Shown here: one piece after another, positions 30,967-41,149 of the stretch
Layout of the letters: each line of letters opens with the position of its first letter
Position numbering within the stretch: position 1 is the first letter of the stretch
NCBI GenBank assembly: GCA_963663405.2
Contig: CAXXSM010000053.1
Coordinates: 1 to 64,000 of the forward strand
Length of the DNA stretch: 64,000 nucleotides
Reading direction: 5' to 3'
Source: a bacterium
GTDB taxonomy: Bacteria; Hinthialibacterota; Hinthialibacteria; Hinthialibacterales; Hinthialibacteraceae
Translations under genes and position numbers: made by a program
Notes under the pieces: generated by a model
Seen by the model: only the letters and a program-made list of their open reading frames with translations
Told to the model about the DNA's origin: nothing
Database searches by the model: none

Positions 30967-32802
30967 TCATTGATCCCAGGGAATTGGATATATCGCGGAC
31001 GCGGCTTTTTCCCCCTTAAATTCAAGGCTGATGAATTCGGGATAGTCATCGAGGGAGCTATTTGAATTCCAATACTGATTGATATGAAATGTGAAGCGGC
31101 GCGCGTTCTTATTGATTGAGACGGGAAAACGGCCTGTTCGTCTCGAGATTCCCTGCGCGTCTTTCTTCCAAAGAATAATCTCTACTTGTTCTGTGATGGA
31201 TTCATTTGTTTTCCAATCAGAATCTATAGACCATGGACCTGGAGTGGAGGCGGCGGAGATATAGAGTAATTGAACGGAGTAGGGATTGTAGTTGTCGTTT
31301 CGTACTGGCGTCCATTCTCTACGCCGCGGCCAGGGATTCTGGGCGAACTGCCGTTCATCGGATGTTAATTCAGACAGAGTCTCATGATCTAATTCCATCG
31401 TATAGACTTTGTGAATGTTGAGAAGCTGGGCAGCGAATTCTTCGCCTAGCGCGCCGAGGGCATTCGTATTCAAATGAGCGTCCCTTTCTTCAAACCAGTC
31501 TTCTGATTGCAGCCGTTTTTCCAATGCGTTTTTTCCACTTATATAGGGAACTTTGAATTTCCAGCACCAGTTTTTGCATTGGCGTTCGAACGCTGATTCT
31601 AATTGCATATCCTGCACATCCAACGCGTTTGTTAATTCGATAAAACCTGGGCGCCGCGCTTCGGCCGATTCGATAAACGAGGGCAGATGCAGGAAGACAA
31701 CCGGAATTTGAAGCCGGTCGGCCCAAATCGAATACGCCGCTATCATTGCTTTCATTTTAGCGAATACGATTGGAATGCGATTTGGATGGTGGGAAAAATA
31801 GAGCCGTTGAAGGCCCGCTTGGGCTGTCCACATTCGATAACGCTGGTAAGCGTTGCGATCGGGAATGATCTGTTGAATTTGTTCTATTGATAATTTCTTT
31901 AAATAATCGCCTTTTAGTTGCGTATAGATATTTGGCGCAACGTTGGTCCAGGAAACTTCCTGACGCTTCCGATACGCATAGTCAAGGAAATCTATGACAC
32001 GCGAATTTGCAGAAAGATAATCCCACAGCCCTCGTTTCCATCGATCTGTACCGCATTGGTACATGCGATATTTCGTGTTTTTCCAATCGATATAATTAAT
32101 GCGTCCTTGGAAGGAATCGTCGATTTGACAGACGGTATAATTCTCACAATCGTACAAATCATTCCCCCCATAGAATCCCCAGATGATCATATCCGGATCA
32201 AGAATTTCAGTGAGTGATAAAGCGCGTAATAGTTCCTGGTAGGCGGAATACCCGCCTACGGCTCCATTGATTACTTCCACTCTCCTCGCGCCGGGAAGGC
32301 CTCGTGTGCGGCGGAAGCGATTGATCCATTTGCGGTATTTCTCGTTCTCGTTGATCAATCGCTCCAGTTGGGCTGAGAAGGTTTTCGGTTCGGAAAGACT
32401 GGAGTGCAGATGGCTGTCTCCGGTGACGAGGATGCGAAAGACGCTTAGTGGTTTTGGGGAGCGGAACGGCGGATTCAATGTGCCGAACTGACTGGTTCGT
32501 TTCCAGGATATGGTTTGATCCGCTCCGACGAAACACATTTGGAAATTGGGTTCGATACTCCATCCCAATAACGGATCGAAACTAAAAATAGCGGCTTGGT
32601 TTACAGCAAGATTATAAGGGATATACAGCCTGAGTCCCCATTCCAACACCAAGAAAAATAAAGCGAAAATGATGAAGAGAAAAAGCAGGCTTCGTGAGAG
32701 AGAGAATGTTCTTGCCGAAGATAAACCGTTGTTCTTGGTTGGTATGGCAGGCGTCTGATCTGTTTCCACTGTGTTTGCCGATTCTATTATATTATCAGCC
32801 AT
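30967..32802 (-). CDS. Membrane-anchored SGNH/GDSL hydrolase family protein
   Basis: N-terminal TM followed by LEWGLR; FDPLLGW; blocks RILVTGDS, VINGAVGGYS, FYGGND, DAHLN. Confidence 0.75.
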   Translation of the reverse strand: MADNIIESANTVETDQTPAIPTKNNGLSSARTFSLSRSLLFLFIIFALFFLVLEWGLRLYIPYNLAVNQAAIFSFDPLLGWSIEPNFQMCFVGADQTISWKRTSQFGTLNPPFRSPKPLSVFRILVTGDSHLHSSLSEPKTFSAQLERLINENEKYRKWINRFRRTRGLPGARRVEVINGAVGGYSAYQELLRALSLTEILDPDMIIWGFYGGNDLYDCENYTVCQIDDSFQGRINYIDWKNTKYRMYQCGTDRWKRGLWDYLSANSRVIDFLDYAYRKRQEVSWTNVAPNIYTQLKGDYLKKLSIEQIQQIIPDRNAYQRYRMWTAQAGLQRLYFSHHPNRIPIVFAKMKAMIAAYSIWADRLQIPVVFLHLPSFIESAEARRPGFIELTNALDVQDMQLESAFERQCKNWCWKFKVPYISGKNALEKRLQSEDWFEERDAHLNTNALGALGEEFAAQLLNIHKVYTMELDHETLSELTSDERQFAQNPWPRRREWTPVRNDNYNPYSVQLLYISAASTPGPWSIDSDWKTNESITEQVEIILWKKDAQGISRRTGRFPVSINKNARRFTFHINQYWNSNSSLDDYPEFISLEFKGEKAASAIYPIPWDQ

Positions 32803-33185
32803 GCTATTACTTTGCCTTTCCTGCAGGCGGTTATGAATCCAAAATGAGTTTAGTCAACGCCGCCAGAATAGAATCGATGGATAGCGTCGGTCTATAGAAT
32901 AATATGTTATATCACACCATTATGCGTTTCTTGCGCCGATCATTCTGATCCGGTTTTGCTATCGTGTGACAAGGCGGCATAAAACGAAATTTAGACTAAT
33001 AGACATAGGGTGAGATGCCGATTATTGGTGTATTTGTTGTATATATAGATTTTTATCGTCTTAGGCGCCTTTTTTGCCACCACATCATATCCATTATTGT
33101 GATTTGGAGAGCAACTTCAAGGAGTGAGGTATTATGGGATTAAATATTATTGAGGATTGAATAAATGCTGGTTTCTAGATTCGTT

Positions 33186-34223
33186 TCATTCCCGTCCCAG
33201 ACGTTCTTTTAGAAAACGGAGCATTTCCTGTTCTTCCGATGAAGCGCCTGCGCCGGGAGTGACTGGGTAATCGTCAGCCGTGGCTGATGCGCTGGGGTGA
33301 GGGGAGGATTTCTTCTGAAAGAGCCGGAGATGCAGGGATGGCATGGAACCATCCGGAGAAGGAACGAGAACACGTTTTCGCAACCGGGGCATCACTTTTT
33401 CCATCGTCTCGCGATAAAGCCGTTCACGAACAGCGCCGGACGCGTTTTTGACTTCCGGCAGCAGAGCGAGAAATTTGGATGTATCTCCCGTGGCGGAGGC
33501 GATGCGCATAGTTTTGGCCGCCTCCGCTTGAGCGAGAATGATTTCCGCCTGACCCCGCGCGCGGGGAAGGATTTCTTCTTTGTAGACTCTGGCTTTCGTA
33601 ATAATGCGGGTTTTGTCTTGGCGCGCGTCGGTCACATCTTGAAACGCGTCTTGGACATCTTGGGGTGGTTCGATTTTAACACGTTCGATCTTGACGATTT
33701 CTAGACCTGACTGGCAGCGGTCCAAACTCTGCTGCAAGTCCATTTTTATATCCGTTGACAGCGAGGCCCAACCCGCTGTCAACGCTTCGTCAACCTTCAT
33801 CTGACCAAGTCTGTTTGTAACAGCCGCCTCTCCGGCTTTGCGAAGCAGAGCGATTGGATTGGCGTTGGCGAATAAGTAATTGTAAGGATCGGAAACACGG
33901 TATTGGATTAGTAATTGTATGCGGAGCACATTGGTGTCACCCGTCAACCATTCACATTGTTCGTATGTAGGCGGCACGTTGCGTATTTCGTCGATGAAGC
34001 GGTACCCGACCGGCATTTGCAGAACGGTGGTCGTCTCGACGCGGTAGACGACGCCTAACGGCCAGGGCGCATGATAACCAAGCCCCGGCGTCACACGCCG
34101 GGCGGTCACTTTTCCTAAAAACACCGTCACCGCTGTTTCTTTTGGGGAGACGGTATAAAAACCTGAAAACAACCAAGCGATTAGTAACACAACGGGAAGA
34201 AGGCTGATTCGAAACCGTTTCAT
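33186..34223 (-). CDS. hflK: HflK-like SPFH protein
   Basis: TM then FSGFYTVSPKETAVTVFLG..PGLGYHAPWP, LTGDTN, PPQDVQDAFQDVTDARQD, LPRARGQA, RERLYRETMEKV. ATG 34223 overlaps the hflC stop (ATGA). Confidence 0.85.
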   Translation of the reverse strand: MKRFRISLLPVVLLIAWLFSGFYTVSPKETAVTVFLGKVTARRVTPGLGYHAPWPLGVVYRVETTTVLQMPVGYRFIDEIRNVPPTYEQCEWLTGDTNVLRIQLLIQYRVSDPYNYLFANANPIALLRKAGEAAVTNRLGQMKVDEALTAGWASLSTDIKMDLQQSLDRCQSGLEIVKIERVKIEPPQDVQDAFQDVTDARQDKTRIITKARVYKEEILPRARGQAEIILAQAEAAKTMRIASATGDTSKFLALLPEVKNASGAVRERLYRETMEKVMPRLRKRVLVPSPDGSMPSLHLRLFQKKSSPHPSASATADDYPVTPGAGASSEEQEMLRFLKERLGRE

Positions 34224-35107
34224 TCGTCCGATCCTTCCCACAAGAATCGCATTAAATCAGAATCACCGGGAATCACGGCTGAATCCTCTGAGGTGAGAAT
34301 CGTTTCGTACATTTGGAGGGAACGATAAAAACGATAGAATTCAGGATTGTTGGTAATCGCTTCCGCGTAGATCCGGGCCGCTTCGGCTTCGCCCTCTCCC
34401 CGGATTCGCGCGGCGGTTGATTCAGCTTCGGCGAGGATGTTGGCGCGTTCCCGGTCCGTGCCTGCTCGGATCTTCATCGCTTCGCTTTCTCCTTCCGAAC
34501 GGTGGCGGGTGGCGATTTGACGGCGCTCTTCCCGCATGCGGTCAAATACAGACGGGCGGTTTTGTTCGTGATAATTGATTCGGCTTACTTGCAGATTCAC
34601 GATCTCTACACCATATTCCGCCTGCGCTAAGGTTTGTACGTTTTTCATGACCTTCTCAGTGAGTTGTGAGAGTTTGACTTCCGTCGCATCTGAAATGAGT
34701 GACGCAAACGGCGTTTTCCCCAGTTCGGCGGCGAGTTCGGAAACCATGGCGAAAGAGAGACGTGTTTCTAACCCTTCTTGCGTGTTCATGGTTTGCAGGA
34801 AGATTTGGGGATCGGATATTCGCCAGACCAGGAACGCCTGCGTCATGATGTTTTTCTTTTCGAGGGTGTGGCATTCCTGTGGAGGAATTTCGAGTATTTG
34901 CAGCCGCTGGTCGAATTTCGTAATCCGCTCGAACGGAAACGGCCATTTAAACTTGAGTCCGGGATCATCCAGATACGTGCGGACCGGTTTTCCAAAAAAG
35001 GTGACCACGGCGCATTCTTTGACATCCACAATATAGATACATTGAGACAGGATGACAACAAAGATCACCACGAGCGCTCCAATGTATATAGGGATTCTTG
35101 ATTTCAT
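34220..35107 (-). CDS. hflC: HflC-like SPFH protein
   Basis: AVVTFFGKP...PGLKFKWP, WRISDP..F, VFDRMREER..IA...RSEG, IRGEGEAEAARIYA...NPEFYRFYRSLQMY. Confidence 0.88.
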   Translation of the reverse strand: MKSRIPIYIGALVVIFVVILSQCIYIVDVKECAVVTFFGKPVRTYLDDPGLKFKWPFPFERITKFDQRLQILEIPPQECHTLEKKNIMTQAFLVWRISDPQIFLQTMNTQEGLETRLSFAMVSELAAELGKTPFASLISDATEVKLSQLTEKVMKNVQTLAQAEYGVEIVNLQVSRINYHEQNRPSVFDRMREERRQIATRHRSEGESEAMKIRAGTDRERANILAEAESTAARIRGEGEAEAARIYAEAITNNPEFYRFYRSLQMYETILTSEDSAVIPGDSDLMRFLWEGSDE

Positions 35108-35266
35108 AGTATCAATCCTTACATTTAAGATCCGAACTGAATAAAACTAGAATTTTATTATTTCTAATTTGTTTATGCAAAGCGGCCCTCACAGCAGTTT
35201 GGAATGGCATGAAAGCCGCATACAATCTACATTTCTAGATTAGCCTTGAATGAATCGAGTAATGAA

Positions 35267-37312
35267 TTATTCATTGTACTTATCTGTTCCAATGACCATG
35301 TTTTCGCCGCTGTCCAGGAACCAGAGATCAAAATCCGGCCATCGTTCGTCATTCGGCAGAATCGTTTTTGAGACGGGCAAAAGAGAGTAATCCACCGTCT
35401 CGAATCGCAGCCGCATCCGGGTTTCAATGGGCCATTTCAAGTCACATTCCGCCAACGCTTTAAAAGCCGCCGTGTCTCCGTGCGCTTTTTGTATCCGTGC
35501 GCGTTTATCCGCTTCGGCGCTCTCTACGATTTCCACCGCTTCCCCTCGCGCCAGGTGAAGAGTGCGTTCCGTTTCTACATAGGCTTCGTAGATCTGCCGT
35601 TCCTTGTCTTCTTCCGCGCTGGCGACATCGCGGAACGCCTGGTGCGCTTCCGCGGGCGCGTGAATGCGGATCAAGCGGACAGCGATCAATTCAATCGTTC
35701 CTGGCATGGAATGATTAATGATTTGCCGCGCGCGGTTTGTGACCTCTATTTCAATTGTATGCCGGGCCGTTGTCAATGTAGTTTCGATATTCATACCCGC
35801 CATTACTTCGGTCAAAGCGGATATCACCGCCCCACGGATAATCGGTTCGGGATCCGCGATACCAAAAAGATACTTCTCCGCGTCGTTAACGCGGTATTCC
35901 GCCTGGCTTGATAGATCTACAATATTTTCATCGCCGGTCAGGTACAGCGATTCTTCTAAGATCTGCAGTTCTGTATCCCAAGGAGCCGTTCGCGCGACGC
36001 CAGCCGCTTTGGAACGGAATCCAACATCCACGTTTCGGATCTCGCGCACCCGGAGTGTATGTCCTTGGGCGAAAGGATATGGGAGATGCATGTAGATACC
36101 GGGAGAGAGATTCACGGCGGTTGGTTTCCCCAATTCTACAATGGCGCCTTTCTCACCGGGACCGACGATCAAAAAACAAGTTTGTAGAATGGAAACAACG
36201 CAGATTATCAAAATGAAAAGGCTGAATTTTTTCCATGACAATTGAATCCCTGTCATGGAGCTAATCTTCTTTCCAATCTGCGTCCATTGCGCAGGGACTG
36301 CTGACTGCCACATGCCTTTGATCAGAAGGTAGAGAAGAAACAGAGCGGAGAGAATTCCAACAATTCCTGCGCTTTCTCCACTGGTTTGTTCGATCGCCAT
36401 GGTAGGCGTTATTTCGTTTTGACCATAATACAGATTGACCAAGTGACCGGCGTAGAGGCTGATGACAATGATCGCAAGGAGGTATAGAATTGTGGATCGG
36501 CGTCCAAGGATTTTATAAAGAATCGGGATCGAGCCGATATTTGTCGCAGGACCAGCCAGCAGAAAAACAAGCGCCGCGCCGGGCGAAAGCCCCTTGGCGA
36601 TCATAGCCGCCGCGATGGGGGTTGAACCGGACGCGCAGATATACATCGGCATGCTGATGATCAGCATGATCAACAAGGAGGAAAATCCCTGCCCGACCCA
36701 GCCTTGGAAGAACCAATCGGGAATCCAGGCGGCGATCACTCCGGATAGAATAAAACCAAGCGCCAGCCAATGCGCAAGGTTGTTTGATAATTCCCCAAAA
36801 GCGTAATGCCATGTTTCCGCCCACCAGGGCCGGACGTTCACCGTTTCGGATGTTTCATTATTCGCATGACAGCAGGAGTGGATTTTTTCTGTTTCCTCTT
36901 CTTCTGTATCTCCCCACCGGTTGACGGTAATTCCTGCGAACAGCGCTGTGATAAACGCGATGAATGGTCTTAGTATTGTCATGGTCAGGTCCATCATGCC
37001 ATAGGTCATCGCGATGGAGTCGACACCGGTTTCGGGAGTGGAGATCAGAAAGGATGTGGTCGCGCCCCGGCTCGCTCCTTTTTGACGGAGTGTGACTGCT
37101 GTCGGCAGTACAGAACAAGAACAAAGTGGCAATGGAACTCCACAGAGCGACGCCAGGAAAACGGATCGCCAATTCCGTTTCCCCAATACCGTGACGATCT
37201 TATCGGAAGGAACAAAGGTATGGATCAATCCCGCTGCCATAAATCCAAATAAGATATAAGGGCCGGATGTGATGAGTATCATCCAAATTTTGTAAATTGC
37301 GGAGAGTAACAT
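35267..37312 (-). CDS. SO_0444/ArsP (DUF318)-family permease fused to an HflK-type SPFH domain
   Basis: N-half: GVPLPLCSCSVLP, FLISTPETGVDS, HSCCH, PMYICASGSTP, GPATN. C-half: VGPGEKG..PGIY.HLPYPF, LTGDENIVD, AFRDVASAEED, ARGEA. Confidence 0.85.
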   Translation of the reverse strand: MLLSAIYKIWMILITSGPYILFGFMAAGLIHTFVPSDKIVTVLGKRNWRSVFLASLCGVPLPLCSCSVLPTAVTLRQKGASRGATTSFLISTPETGVDSIAMTYGMMDLTMTILRPFIAFITALFAGITVNRWGDTEEEETEKIHSCCHANNETSETVNVRPWWAETWHYAFGELSNNLAHWLALGFILSGVIAAWIPDWFFQGWVGQGFSSLLIMLIISMPMYICASGSTPIAAAMIAKGLSPGAALVFLLAGPATNIGSIPILYKILGRRSTILYLLAIIVISLYAGHLVNLYYGQNEITPTMAIEQTSGESAGIVGILSALFLLYLLIKGMWQSAVPAQWTQIGKKISSMTGIQLSWKKFSLFILIICVVSILQTCFLIVGPGEKGAIVELGKPTAVNLSPGIYMHLPYPFAQGHTLRVREIRNVDVGFRSKAAGVARTAPWDTELQILEESLYLTGDENIVDLSSQAEYRVNDAEKYLFGIADPEPIIRGAVISALTEVMAGMNIETTLTTARHTIEIEVTNRARQIINHSMPGTIELIAVRLIRIHAPAEAHQAFRDVASAEEDKERQIYEAYVETERTLHLARGEAVEIVESAEADKRARIQKAHGDTAAFKALAECDLKWPIETRMRLRFETVDYSLLPVSKTILPNDERWPDFDLWFLDSGENMVIGTDKYNE

Positions 37313-37326
37313 AATCGAAATATTGA

Positions 37327-37496
37327 CTCCAAAATGGTTGGATCCAGAGATTTTCGTAGATTCAATGAATCCCGAATCAATGAGTTTGATTCATTCGTTA
37401 TCCAACCGGTCTCTTGCTCGTGTTTCTAGTTTTGTATGCTTGACACATAGGCGGTCGATCTCGTTCTAGACCGGCCGTTGAGAGAACACCTTGGAT
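37327..37496 (-). promoter_or_regulatory. Candidate structured 5' leader (riboswitch/attenuator-like) of the permease-SPFH operon
   Basis: Transcript GGUUGGAU (37400-37407) can pair with upstream AUCCAA (37491-37496) or downstream AUCCAACC (37336-37343); the latter can alternatively form a hairpin over GGAG (37327-37330). Extra hairpin at 37452-37477. Confidence 0.35.
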
Positions 37497-37600
37497 TCGC
37501 CATCTTTTATTAGTGTACTTGTCAAAATGCCTTCCACCAATGAAAAGAGAAAAAAAACTATGAGAAGGAATGTGAGATTCCTCATCTACGCTTGTGTGGA

Positions 37601-39376
37601 TTAACGGGATGACTTCGTTTTAAAGGCTTTTTGCAGCTTTTCCCGAAGGCTGGTGAACCGTTTTCGGATTTTGTTATTGTTGACGGCGGTTGTCAGCGCC
37701 CTGCGGCTGCCGACCAGCATAACCAGCTGTTTTCCCCGGCTGACCGCCGTATAGAGGAGATTGCGCTGAAGCAGGGGGAAATGCTGATCGATCAGCGGTA
37801 CGACAACGGCGGGATATTCGCTCCCCTGGGATTTATGAACGGTAACCGCGTACGCCAGCGATGTGTTGACAAGATTGCTGTAATTGTAATCGATCTTCCG
37901 GCCTTCGAATTCAATCGTTACTCGTTCATCGATCCGGTCAATCTCTGTGACAAATCCGATATCCCCATTAAAGACGTCATTCAAATAGTCGTTTTTTGTC
38001 TGCATGATTTTGTCACCACACGCCATGGGATAAAAACCAGGTTTGAATCGGTCTGGTGATGGATTGATGCGTTCTTGGAGATGTTCGTTCATCACTTCGA
38101 CACCGGCTCCATATTTAATCATGGGGCAGAGAACTTGGATATCTTGCTTTGGATCGAATCCGAATTGTTTGGGGATGCGGCTAGTAACCAATTCCAGCAC
38201 GGCGTCCCGTGTGAGGATCGGATCGGGTTTCGCGACGAAGAAAAAGTCCTGCCCTTGTTCGACGCCGTCTCCTTCGAGTTCCGGCATTTCACCTTGGTTG
38301 ATTCGATGGGCGTTGAGAGAGATCAGGCTGCCTTCCCGCTGACGGAATATTTCGGTAAGGGAGACGGTTTTGATGTGTCCGCAGCCGATTAAATCATGCA
38401 GCACCATACCCGGTCCCACCGCGGGCAGTTGATCCACATCCCCCACAATCAATAGATGACACGAAGGTTCCAACGCGGCCAAGAGATTCGCCATCAGTTC
38501 CGTGTCGATCATGGAAGCTTCGTCAACGACGAGGAGATCGGTTTTGAGTGTGCGGCCGGCGTTCCGGTTGAATCCGCCGGTTTCTGGATTGTATTCCAGC
38601 AGGCGGTGAATGGTTTTAGCGAAACGGCCCGTACTTTCCGAAAGCCGTTTCGCCGCGCGACCCGTCGGCGCGGCGAGGCGGGGTTTTGAGCCGCCTCGCA
38701 TTCTCCATAGTTTCAAGATTCCTTTTAGGATTGTGGTTTTGCCCGTGCCGGGGCCGCCGGTGACGATGGTGACTTTGTTTTGGAAGGCGGCGGCGATGGC
38801 TTCCCGTTGCGCGGGGGCGAGTGTGATACGCAGCGTCTTTTCCACCTTCGTCATTTCATCAGGGCTGGGTTCCTTCAACGCCATGCTTGATGGAGCGAGG
38901 GACAGGTTGCGCGTCCGCCGGGCGATTTCATTTTCCGCTTCGTGAAATCGCCATAAATAAATGGAACGCCCTTGGTCGTGTGAATTGATTGATAAATGGA
39001 CCTCACGCCGCTCATACAGTTCCTCTAGCGTATCGGTGAGAATTCCTTCATCCTTAAAACCAAGAAATTGATAGGAACGGCGGTATAGTTCTTCGTCCGG
39101 TAGAAAGATGTGCCCATCCCAACTGCCATGAAGAAGCGCATGACGGATGGCTCCCGCAATACGCACGGGCGCGGATTTCTCGATTCCCATCTCATTGGCG
39201 ATACGATCCACCTCCCGCCAATCCGATCGTTCGTTGAGCAGCAGCAGGATATATGGATCGCGGCGGATTTCCGACACCGCGTTGGAGCCAAAAGCCAGAT
39301 ACGCCCGCCGCGCCAACGGGTGTTGTAGGCCAAACTTCACCAACCGGTCAATGGTTCTGTTCTTGCTCCGCGCCAT
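37601..39376 (-). CDS. recD2: RecD2-like SF1B DNA helicase, short N-terminus
   Basis: TGGPGTGKTT, LAAPTGRAAKRL, TIHRLLE, VVDEASM, VGDVDQL, YAVTVHKSQGSEY, LLYTAVSRGK. Confidence 0.88.
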   Translation of the reverse strand: MARSKNRTIDRLVKFGLQHPLARRAYLAFGSNAVSEIRRDPYILLLLNERSDWREVDRIANEMGIEKSAPVRIAGAIRHALLHGSWDGHIFLPDEELYRRSYQFLGFKDEGILTDTLEELYERREVHLSINSHDQGRSIYLWRFHEAENEIARRTRNLSLAPSSMALKEPSPDEMTKVEKTLRITLAPAQREAIAAAFQNKVTIVTGGPGTGKTTILKGILKLWRMRGGSKPRLAAPTGRAAKRLSESTGRFAKTIHRLLEYNPETGGFNRNAGRTLKTDLLVVDEASMIDTELMANLLAALEPSCHLLIVGDVDQLPAVGPGMVLHDLIGCGHIKTVSLTEIFRQREGSLISLNAHRINQGEMPELEGDGVEQGQDFFFVAKPDPILTRDAVLELVTSRIPKQFGFDPKQDIQVLCPMIKYGAGVEVMNEHLQERINPSPDRFKPGFYPMACGDKIMQTKNDYLNDVFNGDIGFVTEIDRIDERVTIEFEGRKIDYNYSNLVNTSLAYAVTVHKSQGSEYPAVVVPLIDQHFPLLQRNLLYTAVSRGKQLVMLVGSRRALTTAVNNNKIRKRFTSLREKLQKAFKTKSSR

Positions 39377-39613
39377 CTTTGTCCTTGCTTTAAAAAATAA
39401 AAAACGATTGCGAATTCATGTATGATTGATTCACCAATATCATTCTTCCTGTTTTTCAGTAAGAATCAACATGAATCAACTTCCTTTTTGCAGGAGGAAC
39501 AGTTGTATTCGATGCGTTTTTTGGATCAGTGAATAAACCTTACTTTCCACCGATTTTTTTGATACCTTTTTTTTAATTTAATTTTATTGCTGATTTCAGT
39601 GGGAGGTATTATC

Positions 39614-40189
39614 ATGAGACAAGGCTTTACGCTGATCGAATTGTTAATCGTCGTCGCGATTATTGGTATTCTGGCGGCGATCGCGGTTCCTAATTTTTTA
39701 AATGCGATGACACGGGCGAAAGTAGCGCAGGCAACCGCGGAAATCCGGAATATTGGAACCGCGTTGGAAACGTATAAACTCGATCGAAACGCCTATCCAC
39801 CTATTTTTCCGCCTGTTTGGATGTACGACCGGTATTTTCCTTTAACGACTCCTGTGGCGTATATGTCATCGATCCCTCTTGATCCATTTAACAAAAAACC
39901 CACAGATTCCACTACCGGTCCAAAAGATGGAAACAATCCAACGGGGCATTATGACTATTGGACACGACTGGCGGCGCATGGCAATCAAAAGGGAACGAAT
40001 TATTGGGACGCCATAACGGATTTTCCCGCTAGGCGGTATGAATGGATTCTCATCGGTTTCGGGCCCACTCAATCCTGGATAACCAATTTAGTCTATCCCG
40101 CGGGACATCCCAATGCGGGGGAATATATCGCGTATGATATGAGTAATGGCTTGTACAGCGATGGGTGTATTGTCCGCTACGGTCCGTAA
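39614..40189 (+). CDS. Type IV pilin/pseudopilin-like protein (prepilin N-terminal cleavage/methylation motif)
   Basis: GGAGG RBS; MRQG^FTLIELLIVVAIIGILAAIAVPNF; LTTPVAY, PLDPF, YDMSNGLYSDGCI. Confidence 0.88.
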   Translation: MRQGFTLIELLIVVAIIGILAAIAVPNFLNAMTRAKVAQATAEIRNIGTALETYKLDRNAYPPIFPPVWMYDRYFPLTTPVAYMSSIPLDPFNKKPTDSTTGPKDGNNPTGHYDYWTRLAAHGNQKGTNYWDAITDFPARRYEWILIGFGPTQSWITNLVYPAGHPNAGEYIAYDMSNGLYSDGCIVRYGP

Positions 40190-40263
40190 TTATTTTTGCA
40201 TAGCCTGATAATAAGAATCAATTATCAATTTAGGGATGAATTATATGAAAGGCGGGATGTGAC

Positions 40264-41046
40264 ATGGCTCATCCATTCTTTATGTTGACGGATAAAATCG
40301 CGTTTGTGACAGGCGCCGCGTCGGGCATTGGCCGCGCGATCGCGGAAGTGTACGCGCAGGTGGAAGCGACGGTCTGGATCGCGGATCTCGATGAAGAGAA
40401 CGCTATGAAGACGATTGAGCGAATCCAATCCCTCGGCGGAGACGCCCGTTTTATTCACTGTGATGTCACAAATCCAGAACGGATTGATAATGCGGTGAAG
40501 AACGTGATGGATGAACATGGGCGAATAGACATTCTTGTTAATAACGCGGGGATTGGATTTGTAGGTAATCTACTCAATACGCCAGAAGATGATTTTGACC
40601 GGCTCTTTGATGTGAATGTGAAGGGTGTATATCACGTGACGAAAGCCATTCTGCCATCCATGTTGGAACGTGGGTATGGAGTGATCGTCAACATGGCGTC
40701 TATCGCTTCTTTGATCGCCGTCAAAGATCGTTTCGCCTACAACGCGTCGAAAGGGGCGGTGTTGATGATGACGAAAGGGATCGCTCTTGATTATGTAGAT
40801 CGTGGTATCCGCTGTAATTGCATCTGCCCTACGCGGATTCATACGCCGTTCGTGGATGAATATCTAAAGAAAAACTATCCGGGACGGGAAGAGGAAATGT
40901 TCGCTCTACTTTCCCAATACCAACCGATCGGCCGGATGGGTAAACCGGAAGAGGTCGCGTATATGGCCCTCTATCTCGCGAGTGACGAGGCCGCTCTGGT
41001 GACCGGCGAAGCATTTCCGCTTACGGGAGGGAAATTGATGGGGTGA
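40264..41046 (+). CDS. SDR oxidoreductase (2-keto-3-deoxy-L-fuconate dehydrogenase-like)
   Basis: TGAASGIG, NNAG, YNASK, DRFAY, RCNCICP...TPFV, QPIGRMGKPEE. Confidence 0.85.
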   Translation: MAHPFFMLTDKIAFVTGAASGIGRAIAEVYAQVEATVWIADLDEENAMKTIERIQSLGGDARFIHCDVTNPERIDNAVKNVMDEHGRIDILVNNAGIGFVGNLLNTPEDDFDRLFDVNVKGVYHVTKAILPSMLERGYGVIVNMASIASLIAVKDRFAYNASKGAVLMMTKGIALDYVDRGIRCNCICPTRIHTPFVDEYLKKNYPGREEEMFALLSQYQPIGRMGKPEEVAYMALYLASDEAALVTGEAFPLTGGKLMG

Positions 41047-41149
41047 CGGAATCCCATTTCATCAACAGCGCCTCTTAGACCTTGCCTGAGAAATCCAATC
41101 CAATCAATCTATTGTTTACAACCATTACTTGTTATCGAAAGGAAAGAAC

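Noticed and set aside
32803-33185. 380-bp intergenic gap checked for tRNA, ncRNA or a small gene
   Set aside because: No cloverleaf, strong stem or credible ORF was visible.
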